Of a DNA stretch of 64,000 nt, positions 50,945-63,869 are shown in pieces. The DNA is taken from NCBI RefSeq assembly GCF_018977255.1, contig NW_024704742.1:62498001-62562000 (forward strand), written 5' to 3'. Every line of letters starts with the position of its first letter. The stretch's first letter is position 1. This stretch comes from Callorhinchus milii (lineage: Eukaryota). A program made the translations under genes and the position numbers. The notes beneath the pieces are model-generated. The model searched no databases, was not told the origin of the DNA, and saw only the letters and a list, made by a program, of their open reading frames with translations.

Positions 50945-51535
50945 TGCTCAGCTTTCCCTCACCTCCAAATCATTGCTGGCTTCTGCCACTATCTCTCACC
51001 TCAATCATGCTTTTATCACATCCAGGCTTGACTACAATAATGCCTTGATCACTGGACTTCCCAGCTTTTCCCTACTCAAGCTGTAGACTTTCCAGAACTT
51101 GGCAGCACGTCCTCTCCAAGCTCTGCAAGCCTATAATCCCCATCCCTGCTCAGCTCCAATGGCTCCCCATCTCCCAGCAGGTCAAATTCTATATCCCTCC
51201 ATGGTCTCGCCCCACCCTACCTCTGTGACCTCTTTCAACCACAACAACCTAGCTGTTCACTTCAGTCAGCAAGCACTGGCCTGCTTCACATTCGGGGCGG
51301 ACTTACCGCCATTCTGGCCCCGCTCTCTGGAACTCAATCCTGTAGTCCTTCCAACTCATTCCCTCTTTTCCCACATTCAAGGCACATCTCAAAAGGTACC
51401 TCTTTAAGCTCACACCAGGCCATCTTTCCCTTACCCCCCGGCTTCCACTCCCTGATCAGGTGCCCATTTAGTGCTTTATGACATCCTCTTGATGTGAAAG
51501 GCACTATATAAATGTAAATTGTATTGTAGTTGTAA
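50945..51535 (+). mobile_element. L2 LINE 3' fragment
   Basis: HAFITSRLDYNNAL; tail gatgtgaaaggcactatataaatgtaaattgt. Confidence 0.85.
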
Positions 51536-53404
51536 CTTGGAGAGATCAAGAGAGGAAAGTTCAGAGAAGAATTGGCCATTGTAGCTTTGATGAATTAGGG
51601 AAGCAAAATAAAGTCTAATGGAGAGAGAGGAGGCTAGTGATAAAATGTGACAAAAGTATCACCTACTAGATAAAGACCATAATGAACGTTAAAGGTTTTA
51701 GCTTCACAACTCATCATTGTGACAAAACAATTGCCTTGACCAAGAAAAACAATGCTTTTATAGTAGTTAAAAAATAAGACAACCATATATTTTGGTCAAA
51801 TTCAAGACAGTTATTTTGCCATATGTGTCTCTTTAGAAGATAACAAATGGTGTTGTTCATTGCAGCCTCTTTCCAAGTGTAAAATAATGATGCAGTGATA
51901 CATCACTTCAAATGCCCTCTGCATCTCCCTCCTAGTTTCTGTGGTGGAGCCCTTCACCTATTGATTATTCCTCAGTGAAAGGTTGTGCTCTGTACCTAAT
52001 GCTGTGGGACATGGTTGTGCAGGGTCAAATGGGAATACTTTACAATGAAAATACTTCTCCAATACTGTCATTCCCATTTAGTAATACAGAGCTGCTCAAA
52101 TTTCTCAACGATCTGTATCACAAGATAATAAGTAATTCATTTGATGAAATGCTCTCAGTTTTTATTGCCTCGCAAAAATCACTAGAATAATGTAAATGGA
52201 CCGTGGAAGTGGTTATCACTGCATTATTGGCCACTGCTCAATCTTTAGTTGATCAGTTTAAAGAAATTCCAAAAGCAATTTTATTGCAAGTGCCATCTTT
52301 TATCTATGGGACTCTGAAAAGCTTAAAATCTATAGATTACTCATACGAAAATGACTTCCAAGAGCATTTATATTTTCAAACTTTCCTATAGGCATTTTAT
52401 GGGACATTTAATATCACGATTGGAAAGTATTATAGAATTATATGTTTTAGGATCAAGGATACTGGTTATTTCATCTCATGTGATGGCTTGGCTTTTAACA
52501 ACCGTCTTTCCTTTCCTCGAGATCCCAGCTCTCTTTTTGTTTAGATTTCACTTTGTACTTCTTTCATGAATGAAATACGTTAAATGCAATAATTTCACAT
52601 AGATCTCATGTACACCACATCACTTGCTTATGCCTTGCATTTCCAGTGCGACACTTTTTTGGTATTTGCGATTGTGTCCTTATTATGAGTGAATATACCA
52701 AGAAACAATTTATTTCTATGGTTTTCTTGCTGTGTACTTTTATACTTAAAGCCTCTATGGTTATAATATAATATTCATAGCCTCTGTTTCTCTTGTATTG
52801 CTTCTTTCTTATTTCTCAGTTTATTTACTTGCCACTTTTTCCCTCTCTCTTCCTGGATTTCTTTCTAGTTAATGTGTTTTGTTCTATCTCTCTCTTTAAT
52901 GTTCTCAATATTGTGGGTTCAAACCCCACACTGAGACTATGGCCTGTATCTGTGCTCTATGTTCTATGTAATTATATGTATGTAATTCTACTGCGATGAT
53001 TTCTGGTTTCAAAATGGATTTTAAAATCCATTTCCAGAATGGTTATTTCCACTTTGACTACAATATTTAAAAAATTTGTCTGAAAATTATACAAAGTGCA
53101 AAGTTTCATAAATGGTTGTTGCTTCTATGAAAAAGTATTTGTCAAATTGATGGAGTCACAAATAATATTGAAATGCATCATGATGTAACATACTCATGAT
53201 TTCATAGCAAAAATCTATAACTCTTCCTCCTCTCCAATCAAAGATTTGCCAAACATTTTTTCATTAGCAGTGTTCTTTCAAATTCCCAAATTTTCAACAC
53301 AGACTATATATTACTGATTTTGCTCAGCGTTCTCACTGTTTTTATCTTTACTTTCCTCTTCCCGACATCCTCAAAAGAAAACAATAATAAAAAAACAATA
53401 ATAA

Positions 53405-53890
53405 AATAATAATAAAATTGGTCACTTCAATCCACGACTGTTTGTGGTACACTGCTGTGTGCAATTGGCTGCTGCGTTTCGTCCACAAATATACAGTCAA
53501 TTCACTTTACAGTATATTCTGTGAAGCGCTTTGAGACGTCGAGAAGATGTGAAAAGCGCTATATCAAATGCAAGGATTATTATTATTATTATTTGAGCTC
53601 CGAATCTAGACTGATACTCCAATATAGTGTTGGGGTGCGCTGCATTGTCGGAGTTGCGGACCTCTGGTGAGACCTTAAACTAAGGTCCCGACTATCTGTT
53701 CAGATGAACTTTAAAGATCCCATGGCACTACTTGACATGAGAAGGAAGTTTGTCCCAGTGTCCTGGCCAACAATCCCCCAGGTACATTTGGTCATTGACT
53801 TTATGGCTGCTTGTGGGACACTGTTCTGTACAAATTGGCCACCACGTTCCCCCTTCAAATACAGAGTCAATAGACTTTATAGTAAAAGCT
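53405..53890 (+). mobile_element. Type-A SINE 3' half (to ~53592) joined to a type-B SINE body
   Basis: (ATT)n tail directly followed by ttgagctccgaatctagactgatactcc and the central domain. Confidence 0.85.
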
Positions 53891-54021
53891 TTTTTTTCAG
53901 ATTAAAAAGAAGTAGCCATTCATACTTTATGTTTTTCTTGCAAACCATTTATTATTCAATCCCATGTTATATGGTTCCTACTTCCATTCAATATATTTTG
54001 ATGTTATTCTATTCTCCGTAG

Positions 54022-54209
54022 GAGAGAAATACAAAGCAATGCTGGGTTTGAGACTCTTGCTTGCACTCTCAATGCAAAACTGGCAATGTTTGATATTACA
54101 TTAGCCTCAGTTGCTTTCAAACCAAAAGATGTGAAGAAGCTGGAAGTATTTCCTGTGGGGAACAGCAGTTCCACTTCATGTACACTGAGAATCAGTACCA
54201 TTGGAAAAG
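54022..54209 (+). other. Candidate 188-nt exon, one open frame, product not recognised
   Basis: Acceptor ttattctattctccgtag, donor AAG|gtaaaa; open frame REIQSNAGFETLACTLNAKLAMFDITLASVAFKPKDVKKLEVFPVGNSSSTSCTLRISTIGK. Confidence 0.2.
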
Positions 54210-55947
54210 GTAAAAAAATGGACCTGTTGCCTCTTGAGACCACTTGAATGAATGATAGAATTGAGGGTAATGAGTATTAAACATGGCTCAGTTGGTAGCC
54301 TTAGATCTTGTTCAGAAGAATTGTGGGTTCAAGTCCCAAGTCAAGGCTTTAAGGTCACAGAAGAGTTTGACAGTGCATTGTGGAGCTGCAGTGGAGTCAG
54401 TTGATCTGCAGTAAGATATGCTGCCCTGCCCAGTCTAGCTCAGACTGAACTGACACTCAACTCTATCTGTTCTGAGTGACAAGAAAATTTAGTTTCTTCC
54501 CTAAAGGAAAAAGAAGCCGTAAAGGATGTTAAAAAGGGTTATAAACCCTGGACCCGCTCTCAGTAGGTTCCCAGTGTTGGTTGTAGTTGAAGTAAGTAAC
54601 CGACAGAATATTTATACCACTGTGAGATATTGGGGTTTGAAGCCCAAGATTTTGGCACAGCACATTGGCACATTTTCGCTTTAAGACGCTTCGCTATGTC
54701 ATATGCAAGGATTATTATTATTGCGCATCCTGTTTACCTAGTCCAAGAGAGTTTAGGCACAAAGTTAAAAAGTGAACAGTCGGGATGTATATCTAAGGGT
54801 GTATTTTTGCAAGTAGAGAGAAAGGATTTTAAAATGGTATGTGACCTTGAGACCATGTCTGGAGCACAGCAATTTAGATTGGTCTTTGTTTTCGAAAGCA
54901 AATGATATTCAACTGCTGGGAGTTAATGCAGTGCGACAGATATAAGATTCATTTCATAACTTAGTGCTCTGAGGAAAGCTTGGCTGTTCTTGGATGTACC
55001 TATCTCATACAAAATCCCCAGGAACTACATTATAATGAGAACAGATCAAAGATCACTAATAATCTCAGTTACCACCTTTAAAAGGATACAGATTCATACA
55101 CACATCATTGTGGCCCAAGTCCTCCCCAGGAGTCCTGTACCAGCCCACAAGAAGAAATAACTAATGACCAATGAAACTCTTTAGCATCTTCTGTAGCTTC
55201 AGGTTGTCAGTGGATCATTTTGGAAGGGTTGAGATGAAAAATAGTTATTTAAACCGTAAAATATCTCCATTAGTTTTAAGTGATGCCTTTTAGGAAGGCA
55301 TATCAAGGTCACAAGCAATCCTAATGGTTTCTGTGTTGCACATAGCTGAATTTACCTTCAGGTGATTTATCTGGCTTTTACATCCTAGTCACTTTCAGGC
55401 CAAGTCATAAAGATTTTAAAATTACTTTTAATTTAAATTCTTTATTGATTCTGTAAGCTGCATTTTAAATCTGTGCTAATAAATAGCATGCTGCACACTT
55501 CAACTGTGCACACGGTCTGAAAGCACTTATCCAGACACTAACTGAAGTGTCGGATGCAGTATAGCTTTGTTCTTTAGGATTATACTGCTCAGCATTTTTA
55601 AGGGAAGAGAAAATAAGCAGGATTTGTACTTTATTGATATTGCTTAAGTCTTTAATAAGGAACTTTAGTGTTTGAGTAAATAAATGTCTCACATGACTCC
55701 TTTCAGCCTTAGAGGATGTACATTTCATGATTTTATCCTTAAATCACTACTTTAATATTAGGAATGAATGTAATTAATGGTTCATACTTACTGCAATATC
55801 AGTCACTTAGTATTGGGGTAAGTACAGTGAATGTCATGAAGTTACCATTATGTCAGCCCATGTCGATTTACTTTATTATTACTAATTTGTTTTTGATATA
55901 GAGGCACTTATACATCTCCCTGATTCTATCCATAATAATGTGCTGGT

Positions 55948-56170
55948 ATAATAATCCTTGAATTTGATATAGTACTTTATCATACCATTGAAATGTCTCA
56001 AAATGCTTCACAGGATTTTACTGAAAGTGTAGTGACTGCGTGTACGTAGGCAAATGTGACAGCTAATTTATATACAGCATTGGTCCACAATCAACCATGA
56101 AATGAATGACCAGTTTAACCTGAGAGCTTGTTGGCCTGGACACAGGGCAAAACAACCTTCTCTTCCAACC
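55948..56170 (-). mobile_element. Type-B SINE 3' half
   Basis: ataatccttgaatttgatatag tail...ttgttggcctggacac. Confidence 0.7.
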
Positions 56171-56919
56171 AGTATGGGGGTCAGAGGCAGGAGACACTAG
56201 ATAATTTTAAGGATTGTAAAGAAATGGGAGGAATTTCTTCAAATCCAAATGAAGTTCTTGTGTTCTTCAGGTGTGGTCAGGCTCATTTTCCTGATTGTTT
56301 AGATTACTTAGGGTTAGCACTGGCTCAGAAAGAATGAACACTGCAGTAGACTCAGTCCACTCGTGCTCTGATGTTACCCCATTTATTCTGTGGATAGAAT
56401 CTAAAGCAATATTTAAACTAGTCTGTAGAACAAGCTGTCTGGTGTCCAGCTATCCAGAAGTACCCCAATGCACACTTAGGTTTCCAAGCCTTGACTCTTG
56501 CCAACATACACCTAATATTCGCTGGAATTTTAAAACCCACAAAATACACAGTCTCTGTACTTTACGATATATCCTGTGAAGCGCTTTGAGAAGTCTCAAT
56601 GATAAAAGCACTATGTTAAATGCAAGGATTATTATTATGAAGACCTATCTCTTCAACGACACCTACGGCAACCATCCCCTCCCCTTCGTCCCTCACTCAG
56701 TGTCCAACCTCCACAACTGTGTAAGGAGGGTCCATCTCTCTAGGGAGAAGGTGCACATTCCATTTCAGACACAGGACAATTATTAAATATAGGTGACAAT
56801 ATATATGTAGAATGTCAGTCTGGCTAGAATAATGTTTAGCATTACTTTGGGTTTCTGCATATGTCAGACTTATACAAAATGTAATCTAAACCTACCCGCA
56901 GTGAACAGCTATTCATCTT

Positions 56920-57325
56920 TAATAATAAAAATTATGCTTGCATTTGATATAACACCTTTCACACCAGGAGGATGTCTCAAAACGCTTCACAGGATATATA
57001 TAAGTTAGAACTGTCCCTGGTCATTTTATATTTACGACTCCTTGTTTAGGTCCCACCACCGACACCTATAAATGTTCACATTATCAAATTGTTTTATAAT
57101 TTTAAACAACTTTACCTGCTCTCCTCTCAATTGTGTCAACTCCAGAAAGAGAGAAAATTCTAAACTGTCCAATATTTGAGGGTAATTTGAGGCACAAAGT
57201 CATCAGTCATCCCAAAACTCTTCACAGGATATATATAAGTGTAGTAAATGTGCATTTGTACTCAAACCTTGGTAGTCAATTTGCTCAAAGCAATGATGCA
57301 CAAACAAGGATAAAGTGAATGACTG
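56920..57325 (-). mobile_element. SINE 3' half interrupted by a templated insertion
   Basis: Tail to 57005, resumes at ~57211. Confidence 0.75.
57005..57206 (+). repeat. ~200-bp local duplicate of 58741-58943
   Basis: Colinear, roughly 90% identical by eye. Confidence 0.92.
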
Positions 57326-58032
57326 ATTTGATGAGATACTATATCAAATGCAAGGATTATTATAATTAAATTACATTTCTGCATTTGAAAAAAGGTTCTA
57401 TGATAGATAGACTAGTTATTATGTGTAAAGAATCAGCTTCTTGTCTCAGGCTCTGAGTAATATATAATTTCACTGCAGATACAGTATCACATCACATGTT
57501 GCTTTGAATTGCATTGAATAATGAAATAAGGATTGAATGTGTAGACTGGCACTTGTGAAGTTGCCATAGATGCACTAATTATTTAAATGAGTTAAGCAAT
57601 AGTAACTGTCTGATGTGTGGGTTCTGTTAAAATGTATTGTACAAATTTCTCATTATAGATCAAAGCATGGACACAATTTCAAAGAGAAAAACTTCATGCG
57701 AGTTGAATCATATTGTGGCGTAAAGAATTAATAGCAAAAGGGACAAATTCTGCTTGTTAGCTGTTCAGAGAAGAAGTCATTCATTATCCAATCTTTATTT
57801 GAGAGGTAGGTTTGTGTGGGAGTAGAATACCCAAGTGTCACAGACGCATAAACTCCACACAAAGTTATTGAAGATCAAAGAACTGAGAAAGAAAGGAAAA
57901 AAACACTGAGTATGTTTTAAAAAGGATTAATATCAATCTAATACCTGCAGTTCTTTAAAGAGTACTGATGTTTAAATGTGTAAAGTGTGTTATAAACAAC
58001 TGGAAAATACAATCTGGCCAAAATAAAATTAA

Positions 58033-58232
58033 AATATAATAATAATCCTTGCATTTGATATAGCGCCTTGAGATGTTGAGACATCTCAAAGTGTTCACAG
58101 AATGTACTGTAAAGTGAATTGACTGTATATTTTGTGGGCGAAATGTGGCAGCCAATTGCGCACAGCAGTGTCCCCCAAACAGTCATGGATTGAGTGACCA
58201 AATTATTATTTTTTTTTGGAGGGATTATTAAT
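58033..58232 (-). mobile_element. Type-A SINE 3' half
   Basis: Tail through ggagggattatta. Confidence 0.85.
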
Positions 58233-58524
58233 ATATCAGGAATATATAAGATTACACTACTCTCGTTCATACATCTCAATTGAATTCTTCACCACATAGT
58301 TATCCAATTTCCTCTTAATATTTCTATCACAATATTAATAACTCTGACTTTGATGTTGTAATGTACTGTGCCAAAAGCATTGTTTTTTTTATATTTCATT
58401 GTAAATAAAGTTAGTTTCTTTTTGTCTGTGAACTTCTGGCATATGTGGGTAATATCAACATTTCAGATAGAATTTAGTCATGTGATAACATAAAATCCAA
58501 ATACACAGAAAAATTATTTGAAAA

Positions 58525-58915
58525 TAGAATGACATAAAACAGCATGGAAAACAGGCCCAGCTTATCTGTGCTGGTATTTAAACTCCACATGAGCCTCCAC
58601 CCATCCTATTTCCTCCTCGTATACTCCTCTATTCCCATTTCCCTCATGTATACATCAAGTTTCCTCTTAAATATGTTGATAGTAATGAGTTCTAACCTTC
58701 TCATCACCCTCTGCAAAAAACATGCATCCTAAACTCCATTTTAGATCTATCCCCTGGTCATTTTATATTTGTGACTCCTTGTTTTGGTCTCACCACCAAC
58801 ACCTATAAATGTTCACCTTATCGAATTGTTTCATAATTTTAAATACCTTTACCTGCTCTCCTCTCAATGGTGTCAACTCCAGAAAGAGAGAAAATTCTAA
58901 CCTGTCCAATATTTG
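58525..58915 (-). mobile_element. Old CR1 3' fragment (donor of the 57-kb duplicate)
   Basis: acagcatggaaaacaggcccagc...ctcatcaccctctgcaaaaaa...tttcataattttaaatacct. Confidence 0.65.
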
Positions 58916-59018
58916 AGGGTAATTTGGGGCACAAAGTCATCAGGGCTCACAAATATAAACTCAGATTTCACCATCACCAGAAGTAGAGATTCCACTTGTC
59001 TTATTGCTCTATTTTGTG

Positions 59019-59410
59019 TGCCAGCCTGGCTCAGTTGGTAGCACTTTTAGCTCTGAGTCAGAAGGTTGTGGATTCAAGGCCCACATCAGGACTTGGAATT
59101 CATATAATCTAAGATGACAATCCAGGGCAGTACTGGGGGATGTGCTGCATTGCTGGAGGTGTTGTTCTTTGGATGAGACTTTAAACTGAAGCCCTGCCTG
59201 GTTTCTCCTAGTATCTAGGCCAACAATCCACCAAATAAAATTGATCATTGATTTTATATCTGCTTGTGGGACATTGCTGTCTGTAAATTGGCAGCCGTGT
59301 TCATCCACAAAACACACAATCACCTCACTTTACAGTATATGCTGTGAACTGTTTTGCGATGTCCTCCGGATGTAAAAGGTACGATACCAAATGTAAGAAT
59401 TATCATTATA
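59019..59410 (+). mobile_element. Type-B DeuSINE-like element
   Basis: gccagcctggctcagttggtagcac head through tail. Confidence 0.88.
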
Positions 59411-59524
59411 TTCAGAGAGGCAATGCAGTTCTTTGAAAAAAATGGCTCCCGAATTATGACAATTATATGTTAAGAACTTTTCAAAATTCAGCGCAATCTT
59501 AAACCGTAAAACAAGAAACAAACA

Positions 59525-59775
59525 ATAAAATAATCCTTGCATTTGATATAATGCATTGTCATGTCGTTGAAACGTCTCAAAGCACTTCATAGAATTTACA
59601 ATAGTGTAGTGACTACATGTTTGTAGGCTAACCTAGCAGCCAATTTGTGCACAGTAGTGTTCCATAAACAGCCATGAAGTGAATGACCAATTTTCTACAA
59701 TAATAAAATAATCCTTGCATTTGATATAGTGCCTAAACATGTCGTTGAGACATCTCAGAGCGTTTCTCTGTGAAT
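59525..59775 (-). mobile_element. Two tandem SINE tail fragments
   Basis: aataaaataatccttgcatttgatata at ~59524 and ~59702. Confidence 0.75.
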
Positions 59776-61171
59776 GCATTGACTGAACGATCTTAAGGTT
59801 AAGACCATGAAAATTGTTTGGGCTAGTTTAAACTCATAGTGACTCTCCAGTATCCAATGTTATTAATGCCATGGAATTCTCCCCTGTGGATTTCACTCTT
59901 CCCACAAGCAACACAGAAATAACTACACCTGTGAAAATACCAATATTTGGAAGTCATGAACTGCAATTTAAATTTTCTGGCTGCTAAACATTTGCTGATC
60001 TCTGGGGAGAGGCTGGGCAGGCGAGCAAAGCGAAAACCAAATTACTGGCGTGCTTAAACAGGCTGAGGCGGCTGACAACTTTTAGTCAATTACAAATAGT
60101 GGCTGGTGGAGCCAGAGGGACACAGAGCTAGCCCTAACATGGCTGCATTCAGAGGTGCTCTGGGGGTGGTACTCAACACCAATGGAGGCAGGAGGACTGC
60201 TTAATTTCTCTTACAGTCTGATGACGCAAATAGAGCTATAGTGTATTAGATCCCAGGGGTTAAAAAGGGTCAGACTGAATGAGAAGACTGCAGAGTTTTC
60301 ATATTGTGCATTGTCCACATCCAATCTGTTCTTGCACTGCGGACTACATGGTAATGGGGTATTGTTTTGAGGCTGAGCTGAATTGATCAGAGAGGATAAT
60401 TTCACAGCTTGGTTAAATTGTGAAAATGCAATCCACAAAGGAATCTCCTGGGTGCCGATTGTTAACAACCTTCTTAGCTCAATAATTTTCCTTGCAATAA
60501 CTTTTATTGCAACTTGCCAGTTGATTACGATATAAATGCATTGAGTTGAAACTTGGTGCACTGCATAATTATTTCAAGTGATCTGCAAGACAAGAAAAGC
60601 ACCCTGGTATGAAGGGGGTAGTTTATAAGATTGTTCTCTTCAGGGTAGCAATATTTGTATGTGCAGTTCTCTAATACTGTTCAGTGATCAATTAGTTCAA
60701 TTCACATGGGATGCAATGGGTGATATTCTTTGCCCCATGATGGAATGCCATCACATCAATCTGAATCTTTGAAGGTGCATTGGCAAAGGAATGAGATGAC
60801 ACATAGATAGTCATGGACAAATGGAATAGTTATTGGAATGATGTGGGCACCAAGCATGAATTATGGAATTACAATGATCCTGATCCTATTTATGGCTTGA
60901 CTTCACCATAGTTTCTGCTGAGAGTGCTTGCAGTAAAATATTGACTGATCTGGCAATAATGGACATGAAAACAAAATCACTCATCCTCTACTCATGTTGC
61001 TGCTTGTCTGATGTCCAAGGAAGAAGGAATGCTTCAAGGAGATTAAACCTCTGCCTTGACTCAGGCCCAAAAATGAAAAACAAAGTGATATTTGCAGCAT
61101 TGTCCAAAACATTCCTTATGATATATTTACTGTGACAGTTATCACAAGAAACATTTTATGAAATCCCAGAA

Positions 61172-61572
61172 ATGCCTCAATTGGTAGCACACTTGCCTCC
61201 GAGTCAGAAGATTGTGGGTTTAAGCCGCAAGTAGGGACTTTGACCTCACAGTCTAGACTGACACTCCAATTCAGTGCTGGGAGGTGTGCTGCATTATTGG
61301 AGGTGTCATCCTTTGGCAGAGATATCAAACCGAGATCCTGTTTTCCTGTTCAGGTGGATATTAAAGATCCTATGGCTAGATTCGAAAAGAGAAGAAAGTT
61401 GTTCCTGGTGTCCTGGCCACAGTCCCCCAGATAAAATTGGTCATTTACTTTATTGCTGTTTGTGTGCACAAACTGGTTGCCTACAAATATATTGTGAAGT
61501 TCCTGTTAAAGCGCTTTGAGATGTCTCAATGACTTGATAAGGCATTTTATCAAATGTAAGGATTATTATTGC
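61172..61572 (+). mobile_element. Type-B DeuSINE-like element, near full length
   Basis: Head, ttcaggtggatattaaagatcctatggc, gtgtcctggcca, tail. Confidence 0.88.
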
Positions 61573-62267
61573 TATAAGAAACACGGGACTAAGAAAGGTC
61601 CTTAGGGTAATCAAATCTGCTTCTTCCACAATCTATACCTACTATCTTCCGTTCATTTAATTTACTGCTTGGAAATTCCCTATGGTCTATCTTTAAATAT
61701 CCAAAGATCACTGAATCAAACTCTAGAATATGATTCTCCATCTTCATTCACCCTGACCAACTTCATGAAGAAATTAATATACAGAGATAACTACTTCCTC
61801 AATAGACAGGAAGGTCTCTTTTGCTGGGTTTTCTGGTCTGCTGAGTATGCCGTTATCTCTGTGTATTAAATTCTACCTCTTTGACTATGTCTCTGGTCAC
61901 CTCTCCTTCCCCCTTGCTCGGGGTCCAACCCTGTCATTGTAATGTGCTCTGAGATGTTATCCTAAATAAATGAAAGTTGTTGATTTGGAGACAAATTCAA
62001 TAATACATTTTGAATTATGTAAAACAAAGCAAACATTTCACTTGAATCACAATAATTGGTTTTAACTTTCCCACTGGAAATCCAAAGCTGGTTCTGGGTG
62101 AGAGGTAGCCTCAACTCAAGCCTAAATTCTGCTCAGGAAGTAGTGAAACATATATCACCTGAAGAGCATCACAGACTGGGCCTCACTTTCCAGTGAGTCG
62201 ACAGTGAGTGGGTTGAAATGCTAATTAAGAGATTGCTCATCTGCTTCATTCACCAAATATATCAGAT

Positions 62268-62655
62268 ATCAATCTGGCGCAGTGGTAGGACTCTAGCCTT
62301 TGAGTCCAAAGACTCTGGTTTCCAGCCTTACATCAGGATACTGAAACACAAAGTCTAGTGTAAAGCTGGAGGAAGAACTGCTTTATTGGAGATGCTTTTA
62401 TTTGGATGTGGTATTAAACTAAGGTCCTGTTTGCCGGTTCAGGTAGACAGTAAAGATGCCTTGGCACTACTTTACTTTACCAAGTACCAAGTAGCTGTTT
62501 GTGCGACATCGCAAAATGCAAATTGACTGTTTCACTTGTCCATAATTGCACAAAATTTGTATTTACAATATTCAATACAATATTAAAGTCCTGTGAAGTG
62601 TTTTGAGACATCTCGATGACATGATGAGGCACTGTATCAAATGCAAGGATTATTT
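62268..62655 (+). mobile_element. Type-B DeuSINE-like element
   Basis: Degraded head, ttcaggtagacagtaaagatgccttggcacta, tail. Confidence 0.8.
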
Positions 62656-62740
62656 GGATTATTGTGTAGCAAATCCTGTGATGAACAATTAGAAGGAGTT
62701 TTCTCTTTAATCCTTCCCATTGAAAAGTTTGCTGGTCTTA

Positions 62741-63030
62741 TTTTTTTGGTCAGCCAGGTGTATGGCACATGTGGAAACTCATCACCATGCTTAAGAGTAT
62801 CAAAATCAAACTAAGAATTCCATGCATCCCACCTGCACATGGAAATTCTAGAAATATCTGTTGGAATCGAATGTGCACTCTTCCTGGAGGGACACATTCT
62901 GCTTCTGGAGAGTATCAGGTGCATGTTAGTAAGAGCCAAGATAAGTGGACCCCAGAGTGTGCTTTGGGGATACTGTTGGAGTCTAACCAGCTAAAACCGC
63001 AGAGCTTGCCATTGAATGCATTATTGCTGT
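62741..63030 (+). mobile_element. Long-TIR element family, partial copy
   Basis: tttttttggtcagccaggtgt...ctcatcaccatgcttaag arm plus internal segment. Confidence 0.78.
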
Positions 63031-63470
63031 AAGTGACTGGCGCAGAATAAATCTCCATTTTTAGGGAGGAAGGAAGGCCTAGTCTTTCAGCTATGTTAGC
63101 TGGTAACATTGGAGAGCTAAAGGTACTGTTTTCAAACACCTGAGTTGAAATATGACTGTGTCTGCAATAATTTGTGGAAGGACGGCTGATTCATTTTCCG
63201 AGACATGTTTGGGTTTCTTTCACCATAACTGAACACTTCCCACAAGTCTCCAGCTGACAGATGTGCCAGTTGTTTCCCGTAATCAGCCTGTTGTTTTTGA
63301 ACCATCAGTTTCCTGCTGTTATAGTCACACAAAAGCACATTGCTGAGTTCATCCCGCAGCAAATGTGCCAGTGTGAATAATACATTGAAATTTCAGGCAA
63401 GTCTTAAACAAAGCAAAGCTGCAGCATCAGGGCAGAGGATTGAGGTATCATTCCAATTGAACAGAAAGCT

Positions 63471-63849
63471 GTAGAGTCCTGTAGAATAATGTGGCGTCAT
63501 GCAGAGTAATGGTTAGAGCACTTGCTTTGCAAGTGAGAGGACTTGGGTTTGATTCCCGTGCGGGGCGAAGCATTACCCCACACGCTTCTGTTTACCTAGC
63601 AATAAGTAGGAACCCGGTTGTCAGTCGAACGGAAAATCGTTTTCCAGGTGTAATAATCCCTTTAAAAAAATAAGAATAATTTGGTCACTCAATCGACGAC
63701 TATTTCTGGGATACTGCTGTGTGCAATTGGTTGCTATGTTTCACCCACAAAATATACAGTCAATTCACTTTACAGTATATTCTGTGAAGCGCTTTGAGAT
63801 GTCTCAATAGTGTGATAAAGAACTATATCAAATGCAAGGATTATTATTA
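63471..63849 (+). mobile_element. Type-A SINE, full length, with short duplicated 5' end
   Basis: ggttagagcacttgctttgcaagtgag head, ctgtttacctagcaataagtaggaacccggttg, (ATT)n tail. Confidence 0.9.
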
Positions 63850-63869
63850 AAGCTGAATAACTGCAGTGA

